This document shows, one piece after another, positions 9,387 through 18,385 of a stretch of DNA of 64,000 bases. Position 1 is the first letter of the stretch, and every line of letters starts with the position of its first letter. The notes under the pieces were generated by a model that saw nothing but the letters and a program-made list of their open reading frames with translations, ran no database searches and had not been told where the DNA came from. The translations under genes and the position numbers were made by a program. The DNA is taken from assembly GCA_048939015.1 (NCBI GenBank), contig JBHLPW010000006.1, positions 1 to 64,000 of the forward strand, given 5' to 3'. This stretch comes from Promethearchaeota archaeon. Its GTDB lineage: Archaea; Asgardarchaeota; Lokiarchaeia; Sigyniarchaeales; SOKP01.

Positions 9387-10919
9387 ATGAGTGAAACTTT
9401 TTTTTGGTGGACGAAAGAGCAATTGGATCTTCATGAAAAAGTAAAGGAATTTGTTGAAAATCATGTTGAAGAAGCCGAGTATTATTATTGGAAGAAAAAA
9501 TTTCCCTGGCCATTAGTAAAAAAAGTCGCTAAGGAAGGATATTTTGGAGCTGGAATTCCTAAAGAATATGGAGGATTAGAACTAGGAGCAACAGGAGCTT
9601 GTATTGCAGGTGAACAGTTGGGACGACTCTATTCAGTTGGACAAGTATTCACTGTAAGTCTCTTGGCAGGATTAGAACAAATTTTAAGATATGCCTCAGA
9701 AGAACAAAAACATAAGTGGCTTCCGAAAATAGCTAAAGGTGAAGAGTTGGGTGCAATTTGTATAACCGAACCATTTGCAGGTTCTGATGCTGCAAATGTT
9801 TACACTACAGCCGAAAAGGAAGGAGATGAATGGATTATTAACGGTAAAAAGAGATTTATAACTGGTGCTGGCGTGGCAGATAGATATTTTATTTATGCTA
9901 AAACAAGTGATGATCCTGCTGTTCGCAAACAATCTGGTCATTTGACTTCATTTATTGTTGAAAAAGGGACTCCAGGTTTTACGTTAGAAAAAATTAATCC
10001 ATTAATTGGAATCGAAAATGTTCCAAATGGATATTTAGATTTCAATAATGTAAGAATTTCTGATGAGAACCGTATAGGAGCAGTAGGAAAAGGTTGGAAT
10101 GTAATGATGGTAGGATTAAATTATGAAAGATTGATTGGATCTACTGCCTTATTAGGAATGTTCGATGACACTATTAGGTTACTCTTTCATCATACTAAAA
10201 GGAGAGTCCAATTTAATAGAACAACAAACCAATTTCCTGGGATTCAAAATGGGATTGCTGAAATTATAACTAAATTTCAAATAGTGAGAACATTTGTCTA
10301 TTACTGTGCTAAACTAATTGATGAGGGAAAAGAACCCATGATTGAAGCTTCAATTGCAAAGTTGGTAATCACGGAGTTTGGAAGAGATTGTGCGCTGAAA
10401 GCTATTCAAATGTTGGGAGGTGATGGTTTAACAAGGTTTTATCCCACAGAGCGCTTTTTGCGGGATGCAAAAATAGGTGAGATAGTCGGAGGGACTAATG
10501 AAGTTCAGAAAATGATAATTTATAGATTTAGTGCCATGCTTCCTGGATCTAATGTTAATGTAAGATTAAGATGGAATGACGAAATTAACGCCCCATTAAT
10601 ATCAAAGAAAGACTCTAGATTCAAAGGTCTTGAATTAAATGAAGAAAATATTCTAAAAGTAATTGCACATGATTTTAAAGTCAATCCTGGCTTATATATG
10701 ACCCCCGATGATGTGAGGGAAGATATTGGAGGAGGAAGTCGTTCTACTATTAGAAAAATTTTCGAAACCTTAGAAAATCAAAAATTAATAGTAATCCATA
10801 GAGATAGACAAAAAAAGATAGCATTAGTAAAAGCCACTTACAAAGGTTTACAAAAAGCGTTTCCAAAAGAATACTATAAATGGTTTCCTGAATGGTATGA
10901 TGATTCAGATAAATTTTAG
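9387..10919 (+). CDS. Acyl-CoA dehydrogenase with C-terminal wHTH-like extension
   Basis: ITEPFAGSD, NGKKRFIT, RRVQF, QMLGGDG, RDAK...GGTNEVQK, plus about 125 extra residues. Confidence 0.92.
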   Translation: MSETFFWWTKEQLDLHEKVKEFVENHVEEAEYYYWKKKFPWPLVKKVAKEGYFGAGIPKEYGGLELGATGACIAGEQLGRLYSVGQVFTVSLLAGLEQILRYASEEQKHKWLPKIAKGEELGAICITEPFAGSDAANVYTTAEKEGDEWIINGKKRFITGAGVADRYFIYAKTSDDPAVRKQSGHLTSFIVEKGTPGFTLEKINPLIGIENVPNGYLDFNNVRISDENRIGAVGKGWNVMMVGLNYERLIGSTALLGMFDDTIRLLFHHTKRRVQFNRTTNQFPGIQNGIAEIITKFQIVRTFVYYCAKLIDEGKEPMIEASIAKLVITEFGRDCALKAIQMLGGDGLTRFYPTERFLRDAKIGEIVGGTNEVQKMIIYRFSAMLPGSNVNVRLRWNDEINAPLISKKDSRFKGLELNEENILKVIAHDFKVNPGLYMTPDDVREDIGGGSRSTIRKIFETLENQKLIVIHRDRQKKIALVKATYKGLQKAFPKEYYKWFPEWYDDSDKF

Positions 10920-10988
10920 ATAATGAAATAATTAAAATCTTTTTTTTTCAGTTTTCTTTAATTTAAAAAATTGATTAAAATTCAATAC

Positions 10989-11342
10989 TTATTCTATTTC
11001 AAAATCTTCAATTAAATCAATTTTTTTATTTAAATCAATGGTTATAGCATTCAATTTCACTTCCTCCCCTATACTATCCTCTTCATCAATCATAACAAAA
11101 TAAAATGTTTCTCCTCCTGTATCATACCCGACTTCCATTTCTCCACAATCCTCGGGTAATAAAACCTTAATGTTTTCAGGAGCATTTTCTTTTAAGATTT
11201 CAAAAATTGTATCTTCGATCTCCTTCTGACCTTTTCTTATTTTTTTAATAGTCTCGAAATCAAAGTTTCCCATTGATTCTTGAGCTTTAGAATTCAATTC
11301 ATTCCATTTTTGGAACATTTCTTTCAAATTTTGTTCTGACAT
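10989..11342 (-). CDS. Acidic hypothetical protein
   Basis: 117-aa ORF filling the gap between genes. Confidence 0.65.
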   Translation of the reverse strand: MSEQNLKEMFQKWNELNSKAQESMGNFDFETIKKIRKGQKEIEDTIFEILKENAPENIKVLLPEDCGEMEVGYDTGGETFYFVMIDEEDSIGEEVKLNAITIDLNKKIDLIEDFEIE

Positions 11343-11449
11343 AAAATTGCATTATTATTAACTAAAATAAAATTTCTTATTTTCAGAAAAACAAATATTA
11401 AGAAATTTTGCTGTAATATCTTATAATCGTATAAAAAAAAGAAGGTAAA

Positions 11450-12028
11450 ATGATGGATCTTCAACTTCCAAAACCAATCTTAAAAGGACACAAAAGTTTA
11501 GAAGAATGTATCTATATACGAGAAAGTGTTAGAAGTTATAGTGATAAAAGAATTGAGATAGAGAAGATATCACAAATATTATGGGCGTCTCAAGGGAAAA
11601 AGGGGACTAAAAGGACTGTTCCATCTGCAGGGGCCACATATCCTCTAGAAATTTATATTACTATAAAAAATACGGGATATTTCTACTATAATTATGTAAA
11701 GCATGAGTTAGAATTAATCACAGATAGAGACATAACTAAGCAACTTGCTCAAGCTTCATGGGACCAATATTTTATTTATGAAGCATATCTTAACATTATA
11801 ATTTGTGCTATTTATGGAAGGACAACCCAAAGATATGGTCAAAGAGGTGTAAGATATGTTTATATCGAAGTTGGACATTGTGCTCAAAATATTCATTTAG
11901 AAGCTGTAGCATTAGGGTTGTGTTCAGTACCTATTGGAGCATTTGATGATAACGCTGTTAAAAGAGTATTAGATCTTAAAAAACAAGTTGAACCTCTATA
12001 TATTATTCCGATTGGTTATCCAAAATGA
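11450..12028 (+). CDS. SagB/ThcOx-family nitroreductase-like flavoprotein
   Basis: RESVRSY, RTVPSAGATYPLE, EVGHCAQN, IGAFDD. Confidence 0.92.
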   Translation: MMDLQLPKPILKGHKSLEECIYIRESVRSYSDKRIEIEKISQILWASQGKKGTKRTVPSAGATYPLEIYITIKNTGYFYYNYVKHELELITDRDITKQLAQASWDQYFIYEAYLNIIICAIYGRTTQRYGQRGVRYVYIEVGHCAQNIHLEAVALGLCSVPIGAFDDNAVKRVLDLKKQVEPLYIIPIGYPK

Positions 12029-12038
12029 GTTAAATGCT

Positions 12039-12587
12039 TTAATAATCTCCTTGAGAATCAAATTCTGCTTTATCTATAGAAAAATACATCATTTTAGATA
12101 ATTTGTCTTTATGAGTCATTTGACCTAGATATTTCATTCCTACTCTTTCAGCAACTTTCCACCCTCGTGAGTTTGTTGGATGGATAAATAACAAAATTCT
12201 TGCGAAATTTAATTCTTTAAATGCATATTCAAAAAGCTTCTTCATCGCTTCAATTGCATAACCATTACCACGATACAGGGGTAGTATAGTATAGAAACAT
12301 TCTGCTCTATAATCATCTTCAGAAGGTAATAATCCACATAATCCAATATAATTACCACTTTCTTTATTAAAGATAATTAATGCAATTATAGGAGTATTAG
12401 AATTATAAGATTCAATAATAGACATAAATAAATCATTTGCATTCATTTCTGTTCTTCCATTCGAGATGAATTTTAAGTTTTTAATTACGTCAGTATCATC
12501 TATCATTTTTGTAAAAGCCTCAAAATCATTTTGATTTATTAGCTTAAGAATAAGTCTTCTTGTGATTAGTTTCTGAGTTAAATTCAT
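12039..12587 (-). CDS. GNAT acetyltransferase (RimJ/RimL-like)
   Basis: TRRLIL, YRGNGYAIEA, NxxxxKVAERVGM. Confidence 0.88.
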   Translation of the reverse strand: MNLTQKLITRRLILKLINQNDFEAFTKMIDDTDVIKNLKFISNGRTEMNANDLFMSIIESYNSNTPIIALIIFNKESGNYIGLCGLLPSEDDYRAECFYTILPLYRGNGYAIEAMKKLFEYAFKELNFARILLFIHPTNSRGWKVAERVGMKYLGQMTHKDKLSKMMYFSIDKAEFDSQGDY

Positions 12588-12749
12588 ATGAATATTTATA
12601 GAAATAATTTATATGATAATAAGTTTTAAAGTCCATTTATTTTAGTGTTAAAGATTGTGACATCGTCACGATTTTTACTCTTTATAAAATCTTATATATT
12701 TCTTTGATAATTTAAATTATTAATAATAGATACCATTTTTTTTAGAAAA

Positions 12750-13865
12750 ATGCAGCGGATAAAGAGTGTCGATATAATAAGAGGTATATCTATTTGGATT
12801 ATGGTATATGGGCATATGCTACAGTTCTGGATAAGACCTGAAGATATTTGGCTTAAATATTGGTTGTTTGCATTTCTTGCTCCTATTGGTGCTACAGGCT
12901 TCCTCTTTATCTCAGGAGTTAGTGCAACATTAGCTTATAAGAACAATCTACAAACACAGAAATTGCAAATAAAAACTATGAGAAATGCTTATCTATTAAG
13001 GGCGCTTTTTATATTAGCAATTGCACTTTTTTTCAACTTTGGTGTTGCCATGGTATTTGGTGGGGGTGATATCACGGATATATGGAGTTGGAATGCCTTA
13101 CAAACCATAGCAATATCACTTATATTAGCATGGCCATTTCTAAAAACTTCCAAAATAATTAGGTTATGTCTGGGTTCATTAGCAATTATTTTGAATCAAG
13201 TCTTATTAACATTACTTTCACCCTTTAATGGGCAGTTTAATTTTTATGGGATTACATATCATGTATTATTTAATCCTATAGATACATATGTTCTCTTAAA
13301 CTATTATGGTATTGTACTAATTGGTTCTGTCATGGGAGATTATATTTTTGACTTAAGAAATGTTGATAATCAGATAAAAAAAGATTTTTTATTAACAAAT
13401 AGAGCAATACTTTATTCTTTCTTTATCGGTATATCGATATTGATTTTTGGAATTGTATTCTTATTCCCTAGTTTTATAATTTTTAACTCTATATCGTCCG
13501 TCCTATATGCATTAGGCATAATAATAACTCTGTTAGCGGTACTTATTGTGATTGAAATATTAGAGCTCATTAAAACAAAACAGAGTCATAGATTTTTCTA
13601 CTTCTATTCATATTACTCATTTACTCTTTTTCTAGGACATAATGTTCTACTTTTAATTTTCTTACAGCAATTAAATGCATACTTTACTATCTGGGCTGCT
13701 GTAGTAGCATTTAATATTATCTTAGGGTGGGGGCTTAAAATTATGCACGATAAATTAGGAATCCGAGCTTCGTTGAAGGCAGGAATTAGTATATTAAGTG
13801 GATTTCTAGCGTTGAAGATTGAAAAAAGAAATATACTGAATATAGTGGAAGTTAATAAAGGATGA
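12750..13865 (+). CDS. DUF1624 / HGSNAT-like membrane acyltransferase
   Basis: RIKSVDIIRG..I..MVYGH, FLFISGVS, multiple TM. Confidence 0.85.
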   Translation: MQRIKSVDIIRGISIWIMVYGHMLQFWIRPEDIWLKYWLFAFLAPIGATGFLFISGVSATLAYKNNLQTQKLQIKTMRNAYLLRALFILAIALFFNFGVAMVFGGGDITDIWSWNALQTIAISLILAWPFLKTSKIIRLCLGSLAIILNQVLLTLLSPFNGQFNFYGITYHVLFNPIDTYVLLNYYGIVLIGSVMGDYIFDLRNVDNQIKKDFLLTNRAILYSFFIGISILIFGIVFLFPSFIIFNSISSVLYALGIIITLLAVLIVIEILELIKTKQSHRFFYFYSYYSFTLFLGHNVLLLIFLQQLNAYFTIWAAVVAFNIILGWGLKIMHDKLGIRASLKAGISILSGFLALKIEKRNILNIVEVNKG

Positions 13866-13973
13866 AATTCCTAATGAAGAAACATCTAGACATTTTAAAA
13901 TATAAAATATATATTCTTAAGTTACATTAATTATATCTTTCTTACTAAATTACTAGAAATTTGAATTGCTTTA

Positions 13974-14780
13974 ATGTCTTATAACGAAAATCTCATAAAA
14001 ATCCGGATAAAAAACAGTTTGATTTATAATATTATAATTTTCTTGATTTTCGTATTTTGGTATTTTTACTCTTCATTTTATAATGTTTTAATTCTACTCT
14101 TGATATGTTTAACTATTCTAATAGTTATATTCATTAAATTTGTTACTGAACTGAGATCGGGGTTTACTCTAAAAGATAAGGTTTTGTATATATTACTTTT
14201 TTTCATACCTTTTGCTTTAATTGGTAATACCATCTTATTTTATAACACGTCTATAACATTTTTTATTCCATTTAATAAGTTAGTTGGTATGACGCATCAT
14301 CATAATATCTTTTTATTTCTGCTCTATTTTTCGATAATCTTATTAAAACTAATTGGGATTAAGGTTTATTTCTCAAAAAATGTCAGGATTCTTGAGGAAG
14401 GAGGAGGAGATGAAATATTTCAATTTTTTACTAAGGACATTTCATATAAGAAAATATTACTTATGTTAATTCTATTTCCACTTGTAGCTTTTATTGAAGA
14501 ATTGATTTATCGAACACTTCTAATTAGTGTTTTAACCTATTATTTAAATTGGAACTTTACTTTAAGTATTTTTTTTATTTCAGTTATATTTGGATTAGTT
14601 CACTATTCTTCATCCCAAAATTGGGGTCATGTAATTTCTACACTTATATCTTCCGTTATATATTCGCTTGCGTTAGTCCAATTAGGTATCTTGTATCCTT
14701 GGATCTTTCATTTAGCAACTAATTTATTCGTTCTCTTATTCTATTATCAATTAAAAAAGAATTTTAAAGATGAAGAATAG
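13974..14780 (+). CDS. CPBP (CAAX/Abi) intramembrane metalloprotease
   Basis: EELIYR, FGLVH, HLATN motifs. Confidence 0.9.
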   Translation: MSYNENLIKIRIKNSLIYNIIIFLIFVFWYFYSSFYNVLILLLICLTILIVIFIKFVTELRSGFTLKDKVLYILLFFIPFALIGNTILFYNTSITFFIPFNKLVGMTHHHNIFLFLLYFSIILLKLIGIKVYFSKNVRILEEGGGDEIFQFFTKDISYKKILLMLILFPLVAFIEELIYRTLLISVLTYYLNWNFTLSIFFISVIFGLVHYSSSQNWGHVISTLISSVIYSLALVQLGILYPWIFHLATNLFVLLFYYQLKKNFKDEE

Positions 14781-14804
14781 TATTAATTTTAATTTGTGAT
14801 TTTT

Positions 14805-15812
14805 TTATTCGATTACATTTACTAATAGCAAGGGCCATCCATTATTTCCATTATATATATCAAGATCATTTTCAGGTTGAGTATTATTGAATATATCAGT
14901 TGCTTTAGTAAATATCTTAAATATTCCTGAATTATTAAATACTACTGATATTTTCCAAAATACCCACACGTGATCCAAATCTAGACTTTTTATAATAGGT
15001 GCTTGAGTCCAATTTGTAATTCCATCAATCATATATTCAATTTTAGCAATTCTTGTACCTCCAAATGCAGCTCCTCCAATTTCGAGTGTTTCAGCTACTT
15101 TTACTTCTATACCAGCTTTGGGGAAAAAAATGGTAGAGTCAACAGCCATAGGTGGAGAAGTATCCCACCCTCTATCATCCCAATAATCTTCAAGTGGTCT
15201 ATCAATTACTTCTATTTCTATTACCCACGCTGGTTGTTTTGCACCATATGAGCCAGGAGTTACAATTCTGAGGGGAAATCCTTGAACAGGAGGTAATATT
15301 TCACCATTCATAAAGAGAACTCCTATTGTTCCATTATCTCGAATTTGATCAAGCGTTTGAGAGACGTAATATCCGTCTGCAGCTAAATACCTTACTCCTG
15401 TTGCATTTTCTTTTAATCCAAGCGAAATTAGTAAATCATATATTAAAAATCCTTTCCATACAGCAGTAGATAGAAGAGGTCCTTTTGGAGGATTACCAAT
15501 GCATTCTGTTGTTAATGTTCTCTCTGTAAGATTTAATTTTAAGAGTTCATTTAGAGTAAAGTTTTTTGGATTGTCTATTTGTCCCCAAATCAATAAGTTA
15601 TATGAATCTGCATTAATCTCTGGAATATCTCCTATCCTTATAGTAAAATATTCATCATTTTTTGTTATAAAATCTGGAAATGCATCAAGATTATCTGAAG
15701 AATTTTGACTATTTATAACAAATCCAATTATAACTGATGTTCCAAACAAAATTAGAATTACAAATAAAATTAAAAAAAATTTTTTATTTAAAAATCGTTC
15801 TATAAGCTTCAA
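14805..15812 (-). CDS. Membrane-anchored sulfite-oxidase-family molybdopterin oxidoreductase
   Basis: N-terminal TM, Mo-ligand TECIGN, GFPLR..PG.YGAK, YWDDRGW, C-terminal Ig-like dimerisation domain. Confidence 0.88.
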   Translation of the reverse strand: MKLIERFLNKKFFLILFVILILFGTSVIIGFVINSQNSSDNLDAFPDFITKNDEYFTIRIGDIPEINADSYNLLIWGQIDNPKNFTLNELLKLNLTERTLTTECIGNPPKGPLLSTAVWKGFLIYDLLISLGLKENATGVRYLAADGYYVSQTLDQIRDNGTIGVLFMNGEILPPVQGFPLRIVTPGSYGAKQPAWVIEIEVIDRPLEDYWDDRGWDTSPPMAVDSTIFFPKAGIEVKVAETLEIGGAAFGGTRIAKIEYMIDGITNWTQAPIIKSLDLDHVWVFWKISVVFNNSGIFKIFTKATDIFNNTQPENDLDIYNGNNGWPLLLVNVIE

Positions 15813-15962
15813 ATCATTATATTTAGAACAAGCTTAAATTTTAAGATTATTTGTTAAGATTGTAAACTATTTAATTTATATATTGGAAAAAAATTAGCAA
15901 TATCACAATTAATCGAAATAATCTGATTATTATTTAGTACTGTTGATAAACTTTTAAAACCC

Positions 15963-16628
15963 TTGTTTAAAAGTATTCTTATGAGTAAAAAAATATTAAT
16001 CCTAACAGGAGACTATGTTGATGATTATGAATTAATGGTACCGTATTCTGTTCTCAAAATGTTTGAATGTGATGTTAAAGTTATTTGTCCTGGAAGAGGA
16101 AAGGGAGAATTTATTAAAACCGCTATCCACTATATTTCTATTGATGACTGGGACTTAGCATTAAATGGGAAACCAATTACTTATTCAGAATCACTTGGAC
16201 ATCCTTATAGACTAATGGATGATTTTGATTGGGAAAATGTGGAAAAGGAAGTTGAAAGTTATGATGGCCTTATTATTCCCGGTGGACGGGCTCCAGAATA
16301 CTTATCCTCTATCCCTGAAGTTCATAAATTAGTTTTTCATTTTATGGAGACTAATAAACCTATTGGAGCAATTTGCCATGGACCTCAAGTGTTAGCACAT
16401 AGTGATGCTGCTTTTAAGAAGGTTAATTATTTGAATGGTAAAAAGATTTATCCCTACCCATCAGTCGCTTTAGCCTGTTCATTACAAGGTGCAATAATAG
16501 AGGATGAATATCCAGGAAACATTGCATATACTCAAGATAATTTAGTAACAGCTCCATCTTGGGATGCATTACCAGAATTTATGAAACAATTTATTAAGCT
16601 TCTTGACCTAAATACATTACCCCCATAG
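15963..16628 (+). CDS. DJ-1/PfpI family protein
   Basis: TGDYVDDYE, IPGGRAPEYL, AICHGPQ; true start likely ATG at 15981. Confidence 0.92.
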   Translation: MFKSILMSKKILILTGDYVDDYELMVPYSVLKMFECDVKVICPGRGKGEFIKTAIHYISIDDWDLALNGKPITYSESLGHPYRLMDDFDWENVEKEVESYDGLIIPGGRAPEYLSSIPEVHKLVFHFMETNKPIGAICHGPQVLAHSDAAFKKVNYLNGKKIYPYPSVALACSLQGAIIEDEYPGNIAYTQDNLVTAPSWDALPEFMKQFIKLLDLNTLPP

Positions 16629-16638
16629 ACTAAAAAAA

Positions 16639-17454
16639 ATGAAAATAGAATTTCGAGAAGCTAAAAGCATTATAACAAAGAGTAATATCCCTTCAATTGA
16701 TTATGTTATTAATCCATATACTGGATGTCAGCATGGATGTATTTATTGTTATGCGGAATTTATGATTAGATTTACAGGACATAAAGGGGAGAAATGGAGT
16801 CAGTTTTTAGATATAAAAACTTTTGATGTAGATAAAATCAAACCACAGCGTTATGATGGAAAGCGATTATTATTCAGTTCAGTTACTGATCCTTATATAC
16901 CACTTGAATTAAAATATCAAAATACAAGAAGAATTCTGGAAAAACTCGTTAGTACAACCGCTCATGTTTCAATATTAACAAAGTCGAAATTTGTTGTAAG
17001 AGACATTGATTTATTTAAAAAATTTGATGATTTAGAAGTTGGAATTTCAATTAGTAGCCTAGATGAAAATTTTGCTAAATTAGTTGAAAAAGGTGCTTCC
17101 CGTCCTCTTGAAAGATTAGATGCTTTAAAAGAGATTCATGAAAATGGAATAAAAACATATACTTTTATTTCTCCTTTTTTCCCAAATATAACAAATTACA
17201 AAGATATTGTTGAAACGTCAATAGATTATACAGATTCTTATATGTTTGAGAATTTAAATTTTAGACCTCATAATATTCCAAGAATTCTAAGAATAATTGA
17301 AGACTATTATCCTGAATTATTACATATTTATCAGAAGTTTAGAATGGACAATAGTCAATGGGAAAAGATAGAATCTGAAATAGATACTTACTGTAATGAT
17401 TTGAATCTTGATTATAGCATAGAATTTCACCATGGTGGATTTTCAAAAAGTTAA
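16639..17454 (+). CDS. Radical SAM protein (SPL-like / Rv2578c-like)
   Basis: NPYTGCQHGCIYCYA, SSVTDPY, ILTKS. Confidence 0.9.
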   Translation: MKIEFREAKSIITKSNIPSIDYVINPYTGCQHGCIYCYAEFMIRFTGHKGEKWSQFLDIKTFDVDKIKPQRYDGKRLLFSSVTDPYIPLELKYQNTRRILEKLVSTTAHVSILTKSKFVVRDIDLFKKFDDLEVGISISSLDENFAKLVEKGASRPLERLDALKEIHENGIKTYTFISPFFPNITNYKDIVETSIDYTDSYMFENLNFRPHNIPRILRIIEDYYPELLHIYQKFRMDNSQWEKIESEIDTYCNDLNLDYSIEFHHGGFSKS

Positions 17455-17499
17455 AACTCTATTTATCTTTATTACACTCATTAAATAACTTTTAGTCAA

Positions 17500-18147
17500 A
17501 TGCCTAGTGGAGTAATTAGTCATCAAGCACCTGGATTGGCATTAAAGATAAAATATCCTAGAAAGTTTGATGGAACTGCTCTTTGTATCAGTACATTTGT
17601 CCCTGATTTAAATGTATTAGTTGACCCCTTTTTACCATTTTCATTTAGAGATTTTACTCATAGTTTATTAGGATTATTAATTTATACGATACCTTTAACG
17701 ATATTATTAACAATTATCTTCGGCAGAATTATTAGTCCATACATAGCTAGCATTGCGAAGAGAGACAACTTAATATATAAACCCTTGAAATATTTTGGTG
17801 TTGATGAATGGGATAATTTAAAGAATAAAAAATACAATAAGAGATTTTTTATAGTCGCATGTTATTCTGCACTTATTGGAGGGTTAACCCATCTTTTGCT
17901 TGATCTCCCCGCTCACGAATATGTAGAAATATTTTTTCCAATAATATTTCAAAATCCCGATTTCCTATTATACTCTATTGTAGATTTTGGCCCGATATCT
18001 ATTGGTTCAATGCAGTTTGACCGTAATTTAACTATTTATCAACTAATATGGATTATTGAAACATTAATTACATTCATATTAGCCTTGTACCTTCTGAGAT
18101 TTATTAAAAAGCATAATTTAATTAGCAAATGGTATGAAGAAACATAA
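17500..18147 (+). CDS. DUF4184-like membrane protein
   Basis: SH, PD, THS and THLLLD motifs of the metal-binding membrane hydrolase-like family. Confidence 0.75.
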   Translation: MPSGVISHQAPGLALKIKYPRKFDGTALCISTFVPDLNVLVDPFLPFSFRDFTHSLLGLLIYTIPLTILLTIIFGRIISPYIASIAKRDNLIYKPLKYFGVDEWDNLKNKKYNKRFFIVACYSALIGGLTHLLLDLPAHEYVEIFFPIIFQNPDFLLYSIVDFGPISIGSMQFDRNLTIYQLIWIIETLITFILALYLLRFIKKHNLISKWYEET

Positions 18148-18385
18148 TATAAGTATAATACAAGATATTATTCTGAAAATACTTGTCCTAACCCAACTAT
18201 TAGATAGCCCTTCTCGTTTTTAGTATAATTGCGATCTCCCCCTAACATATTAGTTTCGGGATCTCTTATCGCATTTAGTATGTACTGGTCTACTAAACCG
18301 CGTGATCACAAGTTAGATCATTTGTGGATCAAACAGATTGAATCAGAGGGAAAAATGAAAAAAAAATTGGCTCTATGAGCCGTTA

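Noticed and set aside
11450-17454. RiPP/TOMM cluster (SagB + CPBP protease + radical SAM)
   Set aside because: No YcaO, precursor peptide or exporter; genes are interspersed and on mixed strands; the radical SAM is SPL-like
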